Part shown: positions 24,633-37,036 of the stretch, piece by piece
How positions within the stretch are numbered: position 1 is the first letter of the stretch
Layout of the letters: each line of letters begins with the position of its first letter
Assembly (NCBI RefSeq): GCF_963921235.1
Contig: NC_086108.1
Span: forward strand, 62,808,001 to 62,872,000
Length of the DNA stretch: 64,000 nucleotides
Origin: Mobula hypostoma
Lineage: Eukaryota
Reading direction: 5' to 3'
Made by a program: the position numbers and the translations under genes
Notes under the pieces: model-generated
What the model was told of the DNA's origin: nothing
The model's input: the letters and a program-made list of their open reading frames with translations, nothing else
Databases searched by the model: none

Positions 24633-25788
24633 TCTGCAGTCCTTTGTATCCCTTCAGTGTAAAACATATCTCTGTAGTAGAGATGTTGTTGCTAGTGTCA
24701 GTGTGTTAGGAACAACTAATGGCTACAGTTTTGTTGTCATTGAATTACAAAATCTGACCTACACACTTACCTTTTCTTGATGGTTCTATGGAGGTCAAAA
24801 ATAAACCAGAAGCATCTGATGTGCTTTACCACTAAGTTCAGAGTTAGATTAAGAATGCACTGAGCTGAGGAGTGACACATTTTATGTCTGGCCATTCATT
24901 CACCTTTATTGCCAGTGTTGGGTTGACAGATGTAACTTTTGAATGTATTTATTGCCTTCATTAAAAACCTAAGTGCAGATAAGAAAAATGGTTACCTTTC
25001 TTTATTGGATTCTGTATTTTAATTAATTCATAATACTTTGTGTTTTAAAGTAATTTTACTTTCTGAAATATTGTTTTGATTATGTCAATATATTGAACTT
25101 TTCTATATTTTTGGTTGATAGACTGTTTAAAAACAATTTGAAGATCAAAACACCATTAATTCAATTAAATTTCCTCTCTGGAAATGCCATTTGTGGCCTG
25201 GTCATTCTTTGTTTTTTTGCTTTGCATTTTAGGATGGCAGCTTGGCCTCCGGCTTAATTTAATGCTCCCAAAGCATCACAAAAACAAAATGCAAAGCATG
25301 GGTAGACGGCCATGTGGTAGATGGTTCTGCCCAATGTTTCTTTATTCATATGATTAATTTCTCACTTGGACTGTCTTCAACTGTAATATGCAGAACATTT
25401 TGAAAAATCTTAATGGCTAGAAACTCATTCTGGCTTAATTGCATCAACACAATATTTGTCTAGAATATTCAGTTAAGCAAAATAAATTTAATTTTTTTTG
25501 CTGTGTTTCTTTTAAAAACTAGAAATTTCAAAGGAATGTGATTATTTTTATGTTAATGTTAATCTTTACATTTTAAATTGTGATTTATTATACTAACAAC
25601 TATAGACATCTTTCTAAGTGGATTAATGTAACAGTTTAAAAAACTGTGTTAATTAGTTATACTGTAAATATTCTGGCACAGTAGCACCTAAAGTATAAGA
25701 GACAAAAATATCTGGTAAGTATCACATGGAAAGGATATTTACTTGTTTTGGAATGAAGTTAACTGTATTTACTGTTTAAACTTGACAG

Positions 25789-25877
25789 AATCTGCGAAGC
25801 ATTTGCTGGGAAAAAGCTGGTCATTTCTTTGATCTCCCTGATTTTCTGTCTTGGAAGGCCACAGGTGCAACTACAAG
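25789..25877 (+). CDS. FGGY: FGGY coding exon 4 (89 nt)
   Basis: Acceptor ttgacag, then [29 protein letters not shown]+AG, donor gtattt. Conserved [10 protein letters not shown] motif; phase 0 start fits the previous exon. Not in the ORF track in this frame. Confidence 0.95.
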
Positions 25878-27574
25878 GTATTTGTTTACATAAAGTCTGG
25901 TATTGCTGCAATAAAGATTGTTCATTACTCCAGTGGGAATCTTCAGGGAGAAAGAAGTAAACTATGCCAAAATGGTTGGGGGTGTTGCAGATGTAGTTTT
26001 GGCAATTTTCCAGTTGGACAATCTGAAACTAAGCCAGAAGATGAGATCATCGTGAAGCTTGAGGACAAGTTAATCCTGGACAATGTGCCTTAATTTGACA
26101 AAGTAAAGATTGTTCAATGAAACAGTCTTTCTAAATTCCCTCATGGGGTGCAGAGTGGGGGTAGAATTTGCAGGTGATGTGGATTGGACCCATACTATGA
26201 AAGAAAGCTGCTGTTCTCTTGGCTGACATTTGCAAACTCCCCCCTTCCACTGCCTGGCATGATTCAGTGTGTCTGCACTCTCAGTAAAATAGTGGTTTCA
26301 TGTGAAATATGAGAGGCATATGCAGTTTTCTATTTCAAGAAAATGATCTCAAGCAGTGAATGTGTTTCTGTTAGTTCTTGTACACAGGATCAGGATGAAA
26401 TGGTTTAATGATGGGAAGATGAGAACAAACATTGATACTTGTCACCATATGTAATTTTACCTTCTGAGCAAACAAAATAGTAACTGGGACAAAAAATGAT
26501 TGTAGGTTTGAACAAAAACAAAACAAACTATTTTTGGAAATTCTGTTGTTGGATACAAGTATTTTACAGAATATTTGACAGTATTTTAGAATAAAAAAAT
26601 GAAATATGATTCAAACTTGTGGCATATCAAGAAAACAGTGAATTTTTATATTTCACTAATGAAGTTACTCTAACTTTCAAAATCACCCTTTTATGCAAGT
26701 AAGTATATTACAATTTTGTAACATTGCTGAACATGTGATTGTTTTTGTAAAGCTAGTATAAGTTCTGCTCTGTGCCAGATTATAGAGCCCAAATTTTAGT
26801 TGACATTCCAAGACAATACCAGCAGAATGTTGACCATCAAATGAATTCACAGCAGTAGAAGTATTGACTCTCCCCTCCCCCACTTGCTTCAACAGAAGCA
26901 GCGACCCACACCCTCCACCATGCAAGTAACAGCAAATGCCCCTCAAACAGACTTTGATCCAGAGTCCATCAAAACTACAGTCCGTAACCCAGCACTTTAA
27001 TATCTCAGACAGGCTGTCTCTGCAACCATGAGAGCAGAGACTAGCAAATTGCTGTTCAGATGTTACAATCTTCTGCGTTGCTTCTCCAAGCACCCTCCCC
27101 TGCCCTGCAAAACTGTCTCGAGGAGGGAGAGGGGGAGATATATATATATATACAGCTTTTAGTGCAGGGTCCTTCTTCTGACAACAGCCAGTGATTAGCA
27201 GTGCTCGATGTTTTAGTCTGTCACGATGCTTCATTCAGTGAAATCAGGGAGGAACCGTGTCATCTACAGGGCCACTCCCCGAGGTCGCACCTCTTCCAAG
27301 AGTCCTTTTGATGGACTCTTTCTATCTCTTCCTGGAGATAGAAAAACACTAGGCCGCATAGCCGGTCTGAAAATCCACTGCTTGCGAAAAATTGTAGTTT
27401 GAACTGCAGATTCCGGACCCTGACAGAACTCCAAGCACCCTAAAAAGAATGGAAAGGCATAAGAGAAGAAGAATAAGCTGTTTCGTGGACGAAGTGGAAG
27501 AAGTTGCCTGTGTCTGTAAAAACTGCTGGGGCCATCTTTCCTTGCTCCTCCCTCTTTGTGTTATGGGTATTCAT

Positions 27575-28125
27575 AGTAAATTCAAGAAACACAAGAATCA
27601 ATGAAAGATTATACCCAACAGGATGAACGAGGGATCAATCTACAGAAGACAACAAACTACAAATACAAAAAGAAAGAAAAAAAGCAATAAATATCGAGAA
27701 CAGGAGATGCATAGTCCTTGAAAGTGAGTCCACAGATTGTGAGAATGGGTCAGGGATAGGGCAAGTGAAGTTGAGTGAAGTTATCCCCTCTGGTTCAAGA
27801 GCCTGTTGGTTGAAGAGTAATAACTGTCCCTGAACCTGGTGGTGTGAGTCCTAAGACTCCTGTACCTTCTTCTTGATGGTAGCAGCAAGAAGAGACATGA
27901 TCTGGGTGGTGGGGATAATGGATGCTGGTTTTCTGTGACAGTGCTCTATGTAGATGTGCTCTGTGGTGGGGAGGACATTACCTGTGATAGACTGGGCTAT
28001 ATGCACTACTTTTTGTAGGGATTTCCATTCAAGGGCATTCGTATTTTCATACCAGGCCATAATGCAACCAGTCAACGTGCTCTCCACTTGACATCTATAG
28101 AAGTCTGTCAAAGTTTTAGATGTTT
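27575..28125 (-). mobile_element. Rex1 LINE 3' fragment
   Basis: FYRCQVESTLTGCIMAWY; reverse-complement match to 30100-30430. Confidence 0.85.
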
Positions 28126-28129
28126 TAGA

Positions 28130-28685
28130 GTATGATGAGTAAGTTTGAGCCTCTTATCTAAGAAGGGATGTACTGGCATTGGAGAGGGATCAGAGGAAGT
28201 TCACGAAAATGATTCAGAGAATGAAAAGGTTAATATATGAAAAGTTTTTGATGGCTCTGGACCTGTACTCACTGGAGTTTAGAGAAATAAGTGCGAATCT
28301 CAGTGAAACATGTTGAATACTGAAAATATCGACAGAATTGATGTGGAGAAGACGTTTCCTACAGTGGTGGAGTCTTGGACTAGAGGGCACAGCCTCAGAA
28401 TACGGGGACGTCCATTTAAGACAGAGATGAGGGGGAATTTCTTTAGCCAGATGGTAGTGAATCTGTGAAATTCATTGCCACAAGTGGTTGTGGAGACCAA
28501 GTTGTTGGGTTTATTTGAAACAGGCTTTGATAGGTTCTTGATTAATAAGGATGCCAAATGGTTTTGGGGAGAAGGGAGGAGAATTGGTTTAGGAGGATAA
28601 TAAATCATCCAGGATAGATTGGTGGAGCACACCTAATGGGTTGAATGGCCTAACTCCAATTCTATATCTTACGGTCTTATGGCTT
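28130..28685 (+). mobile_element. CR1 3' fragment
   Basis: CR1 C-terminal coding remnant with a tcttacggtcttatgg tail. Confidence 0.85.
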
Positions 28686-29134
28686 ACCAATCCCCAGTCC
28701 CTCTATGCCTCCAGTACTGTGCTCTGTGTTGTCCTCTGACTCCCTCCCTCTGAATACTTGTTCATTGTCCCCGAAACAGAACAACAGCCAGAATACCTCC
28801 TGGAATTCAATTCTTTTTTTCTTTATCCCCTCCCTTTCTATTCCAAATCGACGGTTCTAATGATGCCTGCCCACATCTAACACTGTAAGCCTGGTCTTGT
28901 ACAAGGAGGACCAGGTGGCATGCATGTACATACCATCTGTTGCGACTAAAGATTTCCACTTTGATTGTAACTGATGTTTGATAGTGTGGCTTAGTACTAA
29001 AATAGTTGTTGGCCCACTGCATCTGTACTGATCAAATGGGATCCAATGGATGCACTAAAATTTCTAGGCTATTATCTTGTAATTGTCAATAGCCATTGTT
29101 TCTGCAGACCTGCCATCTTCAAATTAGTTTTACT

Positions 29135-29240
29135 TTTCTTGCGTTATATCAGTGACTACAGCTCGAAAACACTAACTCCTGAGCACTTTGGTATATCCTT
29201 AAAAAATATCATGAAAGGTGCTACGTAAATGCATGTTCTT
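29135..29240 (+). mobile_element. Old SINE 3' end (DeuSINE/L2-type tail)
   Basis: cagtgactaca...gcactttgg...tgaaaggtgctacgtaaatgca resembles the DeuSINE 3' tail as recalled; not searched. Confidence 0.45.
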
Positions 29241-29459
29241 CCACTGAAATAAACGACGAATGCATTGTTTAAATGACGTCATCTTTCAACAGCTCTTTCC
29301 AGGAGTGTACACAAAATATTGACAGTTAGCCACAAAAGGAGATGTCAGGACAGATGCTTGCTTAAAGTGGTAGACATGGTTTGCAATAGGAAAGAGAAAT
29401 AGATGTTTAGAAATGGATTCTACAGAAACAAAATACACAGTTATTGATAATTTAGTGAT

Positions 29460-30645
29460 TAAAATGCGGTTGGGCAAAAATGCATACATCTGGATGCTCT
29501 ATATCAACTGTAGCTATCATCCCCTCAAGACTAATCAATAAGCTCCAAGACCTTGGCCTCAATACATCCTTGTGCAATTGGATCCTTGATTTCCTCACTT
29601 GTAGAACCCAGCAAGTTTGAATTGGTAACAATATCTCCTCCACGATCTCCGTCAACACAGATACACCACAAGGCTGTGTGCTTAGCCCCCTGCTCTACTT
29701 GCTTTACACTTAAGACATTGTGGCTAAATACAGCTCCAATGCCATATTTAAGTTTGCTGATGACAACACTGTTGTGGGCTGAATCAAAGGTGGTGATGAA
29801 TCAGCATGAAGGAGAGAGACTGAAAATCTGGCTGAGTGGTATCATAACGACAGCCTCTCAATCAATGTCAGCAAGACCAAGGAACTGATTGTAGACTTCA
29901 AGAGAGGGAAACCAGAGCTTCATGAGCCAGTCTCATCAGAGGATCAGAGCTGGAAAGAGTTAGCAACTCTGAATTCCTCGGTATTGCTATTTCAGAGGAT
30001 CTATCCTGGGCTCAGCATATATGTACAACTAGGAAGAAAACATGGGAGCACATCTACTTCCTTAGGAGTTTACAGAGATTCGGCAAGACATCTACAAATT
30101 TGACAAATGTCTGTAGGTGTGTAGTAGAGAGTATATTGCCTGGCTGCATCAGAGCCTGTTATGGAAACACCAATGCCCTTGAATGGAAAATTCTACAATA
30201 AGTAGTGGATTTGGCCCAGTTCATCATGGGTAAAGCCTTCCCAACTGTTGAAAACATCTACATGAAACACTGTCATAGGAAAACACCACCCAGACCATGC
30301 TCTCTTCTCGCCGCTGCCATCAGAAAGAAGTTACAAGAGCCTCAGGATTCACACCACTAGGTTCAAGAACAGTTACTGTCCCTCAACCATCAGGCTCTTG
30401 AATAAAAGCAGATAACTTCACGCAACTTTATTTGTCACGTCATTGAAACGTTCCCTCAACCAATGGACTCACTTTCAAGGACTCTTCATCTCATGTTCTC
30501 ATTATTTATTACTATGCCCTAGTTGGACAGTCTTTCATTGATTCTGTTATAGTTACTATTCTATAGTTTTGATGAGTATCCCCCTATGAAAATGAATCTC
30601 AGGGTTGTATATAGTGACATATATGTACTTTGACAATAAAATTTA
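29460..30645 (+). mobile_element. Rex1 LINE, 5'-truncated and degraded
   Basis: DNA similarity to 13050-13980 and 23630-24400. 3' end atgaatctcagggttgtatat...aataaa. Confidence 0.85.
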
Positions 30646-30856
30646 CTTTGTACATTGTACATTGAACTTTGAAAAATTGGAGGTACTATACCAACAAAAT
30701 TGTGCATAATCCATGTTGCAGTTGAAAAAGAATGTTGAATTGGTAATGAATACATCGCTGTATGGTCTTTCTTTTTGTTCTTGAAGATGAGCACTACAAT
30801 ACTGTACATGCGGGGGGGGGGGTGGTTCTGAACACCATTGTTGTGGTGTGTGGCTA

Positions 30857-33035
30857 GACCATAAGACAAAGGAGCAAAAGTAGGCCATTCGGCCCATCGA
30901 GTCTCCTCCGCCATTTTATCATGAGCTGATTCATTTTATCCTATTTAGTCCCACTGCCCCACCTTCTCACCATAACCTTTGATGCCCTGGCTACTCAGAT
31001 ACCTATCAATCTCTGCGTTAAATACGCCCAATGACTTGGCCTCCACTGCTGCCTGTGGCAACAAATTCCATAGATTCACCACCCTCTGACTAAAAAAATT
31101 TCTTCGCATTTCTGTTCTGAAAGGGCACCCTTCAATCCTGAAGTCATGCCCTCTCGTACTAGACTCCCCCATCATGGGAAACAACTTTGCCACATCCACT
31201 CTGTCCATGCCTTTTAACATTCGAAATGTTTCTATGAGGTCTCCCCTCATTCTTCTAAACTCCAAGGAATACAGTCCAAGAGCGGACAAACGTTCCTCAT
31301 ATGTTAACCCTCTCATTCCTGGAATCATTCTTGTGAATCTTCTCTGTACCCTCTCCAACGTCAGCACATCCTTTCTTAAATAAGGAGACCAAAACTGCCC
31401 ACAGTATTCCAAGTGAGGTCTCACCAGCACCTTATAGAGCCTCAACATCACATCCCTGCTCCTATACTCTATTCCTCTAGAAATGAATGCCAACATTGCA
31501 TTCGCCTTCTTCACTACTGACTCAACCTGGAGGTTAACTTTAAGGGAATCCTGTACGAGGACTCCTAAGTCCCGTTGCATCTCAGAACTTTCCCCATTTC
31601 TTTCCCCATTTAAATAATAGTCTGCCCGTTTATTTTTTCTGCCAAAGTGCATAACCATACACTTTCCAACATTGTACTTCATTTACCACTTCTCTGCCCA
31701 TTCTTCCAATCTATCCAAGTCTCTCTGCAGACTCTCCGTTTCCTCAGCACTACCCGCCCCTCCACCTATCTTCGTATCGTCAGCAAACTCAGCCACAAAG
31801 CCATCTATTCCATAATCCAGATCGTTGATGTACAATGTAAAAAGAAGCGGCCCCAACACTGATCCCTGTGGAACACCACTGGTAACCGGCAGCCAACCAG
31901 AATAGGATCCCTTTATTCCCACTCTCTGTTTCCTGCCAATCAGCCAATGCTCTATCCACGTATGTAACTTTCCCGTAATTCCATGGGCTCTTATCTTGTT
32001 AAGTAGCCTCATGTGTGGCACCTTGTCAAACGCCTTCTGAAGATCCAAATATACAACATCCACTGCATCTCCCTTGTCTAGCCTACTGGTAATTTCCTCA
32101 AAAAATTGTAATAGGTTTGTCAGGCAGGATTTTCCTTCAAGGAATCCATGCTGAGTTCTGCCTATCTTGTCATATGCCTCCAGGTACTCTGTAACCTCAT
32201 CCTTGACAATCGACTCCAACAACTTCCCAACCACCGACGTCAAGCTAACAGGTCTATAATTTCCTTTTTGCTTCCTTGCCCCCTTCTTAAATAGCAGAGT
32301 GACATTTGCAATCTTCCAGTCTTCCGGAACCATGCCAGAATCTATCGACTTTTGAAAGATCATCGCTAATGCCTCCGCAATCTCCACAGCTACTTCCTTC
32401 AGAACACGAGGGTGCATTCCATCTGGTCCAGGAGATTTATCGACCTTTAGCCTATTCAGCTTCCTGACTACTTTCTCTGTCGTAATTGTGACTGCGCACA
32501 CTTCTCTTCCCTGCCACCCTTGAGTGTCCGGTATCCTGCTGTTTTCCTCAGTGAAGACTGATGCAAAATACTTGTTCAGTTCCTCTGCCATCTCCTCATC
32601 TCCCATTACAATTTCTCCAATATCATTTTCTATCGGTCCTATATCTACTCTCACCTGTCTTTTACTCTTTATATACTTGAAAAAGCTTTTAGTATCCTCT
32701 TTGATATTATTTGCTAGTTTCCTTTCATAGTTAATCTTTTCTCTCTTAATGACCTTCTTGGTTTCCTTTTGTAAGGTTTTAAAAACTTCCCAATCCTCTG
32801 TCTTCCCACTAATTTTTGCTTCCTTGTATGCCCTCTCCTTTGCTTTAACTTTGGCTTTGACTTCTCTTGTCAACCACGGTTGCATCCTTTTTCCACTCAA
32901 AAATTTCTTCCTTTTTGGAATATACCTGTCTTGCACATTCCTCATTTTTCGCATAAACTCCAGCCACTGCTGCTCTGCCGTCTTTCCCGCCAGTGTCTCT
33001 TTCCAGTCAACTTTGGCCAGTTCCTCTCTCATGCC
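30857..33035 (-). mobile_element. Young CR1 LINE, 5'-truncated
   Basis: ORFs 31683-33032 and 30945-31682 are in the same frame, separated by one TAA. They contain GVPQGSVLGPLLF and FADDTK; gaccataagac tail. Confidence 0.95.
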
Positions 33036-33194
33036 TTACTTGAGTTGCTGTCACCCTCCTGTCTGCTTAAACCAGTCTGGCCATTCTCATCTAACCTCGC
33101 TCATTAACAATAATTTTTGCCCACAGAACTGCTGCTCACTGTATGTTTTTCTGTTTTTCGCACCATTCTCTGTAAACTCTAGACTGTTATGTGT

Positions 33195-33416
33195 GGGGTG
33201 CCATGGCAGCATAGCAGTTAGCATGACACTATTACAGCTCGTGGTGCTCTGGAGTTTGGAGTTAAATTCCAGCGCCGTTCTATAAGGCATCTCTGTATGT
33301 CCACCCTATGGAATGTGTGGATTTTCTCTGAGTGCTCTGGTTTCCTCCCACAGTCCAAAGATGTTACAGTTAGTAGGTTAATTAGTCATTGTAAATTATT
33401 CTGTTATTAGGTTAGT
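33195..33416 (+). mobile_element. tRNA-derived V-SINE (HE1-like)
   Basis: A-box-like tggcagcatagcagttag, B-box-like gagttaaattcc, V-domain-like gtgctctggtttcctcccacagtccaaaga. Confidence 0.8.
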
Positions 33417-36035
33417 CTGGATAATGCCTGTCTGGCATCAACAATCATGCATAGTCAAAGTCACTTCGATCACATTTCATCCCTACTCTGATGTTTGGTC
33501 TGAACAACAACTGAACTTCTGGAACATGATTTTATGCATTCAGTTGCTGCCCCATTATTGGCTGATGAGATATTTGCGTTAATGGGCAGGTGTACGTGTA
33601 TCTAATAAAGTGGCCACTGAGTGTATATTTTATTGTTAAAATTAAGTTAATTCATTAATTTCTTTCTTGTTCATTCATAGTATCAGTTCAAAATGCTTTC
33701 TTGTGATGTTGTCATTGCGTTCTTGACAAGTTAGGTACTCTATATGACTTTGAAATGAGTGATTTTATGCAAATTGATGCTTTCATTGCTTTTGAAAGTC
33801 TTGACTTCCTTCTTATGAAGATAAAATATCTGTTGTCATAAAAATCAGCATTGATTTTTGTGTAATCTAACTGTTGCTTAATTCCCATTGGAAAATGCCT
33901 CACTAATGTGATATTTTTGACATTGTGTGCCCCATGCATGCAATATTTTGGCACAAAGGGAAATACATAAGTATTCATAAAACAGAAAAATAATGTAAAA
34001 GTGATTAAAAATATACATACATTTCACCAATTATACCAAGTCAATAATTATACTTGGGAGCCATTTGATATCACATTGAAACCTTTAAATTGTTTTCCAT
34101 CTATTTTTGCTGCATCTCTGGGCTGCTAAGTTTGTACTAACACTAAATTAAGGATTATTAAATATTATTAAATAGGGACATTCTTGTATTAATAAATCAT
34201 TATTGTTATTTTCTTCCATTTCTAAGTAATACACCTAAATATTTACAGATTTGCATCTGCCGTCTCATTCATTCACCATCTGTTGGGAAGCAAGTTAGTG
34301 TATCAAAAGTGTACTCTCCTTCTTATTTGCAGAATGTTTAAGAATCGAAAGAAGGGAATGACAAATGTTAGGAAGGAATGTGTGGGTAAGGAATGAGTAA
34401 CCAATGATAGAACAGATGGAATTCAGAGAGAGCAGAAAGGTGAAATAAGGTATTGTACTCTGATGGGTTATCCTATACTTTGTAATGTGCCAGATTGAGT
34501 TACTGTCTGGATATTGCCATTGCAACCTGTGCAAAATGCTGAATCTTTCTTAGAGATGATTCTGAGCAAAAGAAAAGCAACTGAAATCAGTGAAAACACA
34601 ATTCATGTCCCAACAGGGATCATATATATGTTCCTGACTTGCTGTGCAATTTACAACTTGTTTAACTCGGAAGAGCTCAAGGAAAGTCATCAAGGGTGAC
34701 TCTTTGATTCAATTTCTGCTTGATCAGTGAGAAACTGTTGTCATACGCATTTTTGACCTTATCAGGTATGTGAATGATGAAAGGATGATGGCATTCATGC
34801 AGAGTAAAATAAATACAGTAAACATTCAGCCCAACTTTCTGAGGGGTGGAATTTTGACATGAAATAGGTACACTCTTTAAGATATGCATTTAAACTTTTT
34901 GTGTACAATTAATGCATATAAGAGATGTAATTTTTCAGTCCTACTTTTAGACTTTTATAATTGAATGTCATTATTTCAAAAGGTTTTCTTCAAATTTTCA
35001 GATATTTTAAATTATAGCGATGTGCAGTTTTAGAGAAACCCTTTAAGCTTTCTGATCTAGGACTCTACCAAAGTGAAGTCACTGGCTAAAAGTTGTATTA
35101 TTTTTGGCTGAATGGAAGTCTCTCCCAGAGACCAAAATGCAGCAGATATGGCAGTTGAGTTCCTGCTGCGTTTTGCGTGTATAAAAATTTCCAATGTTGT
35201 GTTACAGTAAAGTACTACTGTTAAGTAACAAACATTATTCTTGGGCATTAGTTTGTGTTAATCGACTGCCATATTTGCTTACAAAATAAAAGTAATTAAA
35301 ATTTAAAATTTTGGACTGCATCGATGTGTTCTGAGGACATAGTGTTGTGGCCAGTGACTTGAATGGGAATATTTGTGTAGCTAATTATCTGCAACAGAAT
35401 ATGCTGTAGAAATGAACTGTCCTTACACATTTGCAACTGCTGGTAAGTGATGTAAGAGATAACACCTTTGTATCTCATGTTAATTCATCTGTATCCTTCT
35501 TTATATTGGAAGCAAGCTGAGTGAAGGTTTGCCAGATTTGTCTCCTGATAATTATGCCCTCTGTGACACAATTCTGTGTAACAACACAACACTCTTTGAA
35601 ACTAGCTTCTGACTTCTTGATCAATACATTTTTTTCTGAATACTTGTGTCATTTTTACATTAAGGGTGGTGTTAATGTTGGTAATTATGTTAAGGAATAC
35701 AATAGCTCAAGAAGGCATTTTACTATCATCCCTTGGGCATCCAATGGTAAGTTTTAAATGTCAGTCTTGCCAGAGACAGCAAGAGCCCAGCTATGGATAT
35801 GAAAAGATACAGTTTTATGATTTCTTGTCACATTGACTGTCTAGTAAGATACTTCAGCAAATTATTTCCTTTTTTTCTGGTAAGAATGGAAAATAGAAGC
35901 ATTATTGAATTTCAAAGGGAATTTTCCTGAGTGCTAGGCAGACTGAATGAGCTTAATGGAGTTTTTGACTATGTAGCTTTCATTGGCTTTGCATTTCTTA
36001 GCTGGCATAGTAACAGGGTGATGTGAAACCAAATC

Positions 36036-36627
36036 TGAATAAACAATTTTCGGGTTTCTAGCTGGGTCCAGGTATCTATTTTAACCAGTGTTTTGATGAC
36101 AAACTCTGCCATCTTCCTCAGAGATGATGCCTGGGTGTGCCTAGTCTGGTGGTATTTATACCTCTGTTGTTCATTCCTCCTGATTGGTTAGTCCTCATCC
36201 AGTCAGGTTTCATCTGTACCACCTTGGTGGTAGCAGAACATTGCATTTGCAATGGCCATAGGATTGACTTTGACGGCACAAAGCTACTGTGCTGTGCCAT
36301 TTGCTTTTGGGACTGCAGTGAAGGAAGCCATTGAAATAAAACTAGATGAAAATAATTTTTAAAAAGACAAAGGTCTCACTCTAAGTAAGAATCTGAATTG
36401 GATTGTAAACAAGGTGGAACAGCGGAAACCTGATTGGATGAAGAGTGACCGATCTGGAGGGACGGATGTCGGGGGTGTAAATGTCATTGGAGTAGGCATG
36501 CACAGATATCATCCGTGATGAAGATGGCAGAGTTTATTATCAAAACGGCAGTTAAAATCTATAACTGTACCTGGCTGGAAACCCCAGAGGAGTTTATTCA
36601 TCATATACGCTGGGAAAGCACTAGATC
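36036..36627 (+). mobile_element. Second PLE family (Penelope/Poseidon-like) remnant with 191-bp inverted arms and decayed hammerheads
   Basis: Arms 36036-36226 and 36410-36600. The spacer encodes VAEHCICNGHRIDFDGTKLL...KEAIEIK...KDKGLTLS (GIY-YIG C-terminus). Hammerhead remnants at ~36085-36124 (-) and ~36512-36552 (+). Confidence 0.85.
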
Positions 36628-37036
36628 AGAAGGATGAGGGGGATCTCTGTGAAACCTTTCAAATGTAGAAAGGCCTAGACAGGGTAGATGTGGAAAGGGT
36701 GTTTCCCATGGTGGGAGAGTCTAGGACAAGAGGGCACACCCTCAGGATAGAGGGGCACCCTTTCAAAACAGAGATGCGGAGAAATTACTTTAGCCAAAGA
36801 GTGGTGAATTTGTGAAATTTGTTGCCACATGCAGCTGTGGAGGCCAGGTCTTTGGGTGTATTTAAGGCAGAGATTGATAGGTTCTTGATTGAACATGGCA
36901 TCAAAGGTTACGGGGTGAAGACTGGGAACTGTGGTTGAGGAGGCGATTATAAAAAAGGATCAGCCATGATTGAATGGCGGAGCAGACTCGATGGGCCAGA
37001 TGGCCTAATTCTTCTCCTATGTCTTATGGTCTTATA
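36628..37036 (+). mobile_element. CR1 3' fragment
   Basis: Reverse-complement similarity to 30860-31250; tcttatggtcttat tail. Confidence 0.9.

Larger units (their letters stand above)
30826..33623 (-). mobile_element. Tc1-derived non-autonomous fragment hosting a CR1 and a V-SINE
   Basis: Terminus gtgtatctaataaagtggccactgagtg|TA at 33623. Minus-strand remnant KTYSEQQFCGQKLL of a Tc1 N-terminal region. 30826-30856 appears to be the continuation across the CR1 (recognised from memory of the family). Confidence 0.7.

Noticed and set aside
25851..26093. 80-aa ORF overlapping the FGGY exon
   Set aside because: Wrong frame relative to FGGY, runs into the intron, and has no recognisable motif.
26683..27234. 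183-aa minus-strand ORF as a nested gene
   Set aside because: No recognisable domain, crosses a (TA)n tract, and has no supporting exon structure.
33195..33275. tRNA gene
   Set aside because: Only degenerate A/B boxes followed by a V-domain; this is a SINE head, not a cloverleaf.
31174..33285. Plus-strand ORFs within the young CR1 copies
   Set aside because: Antisense shadows of CR1 ORF2, repeated in the second copy.
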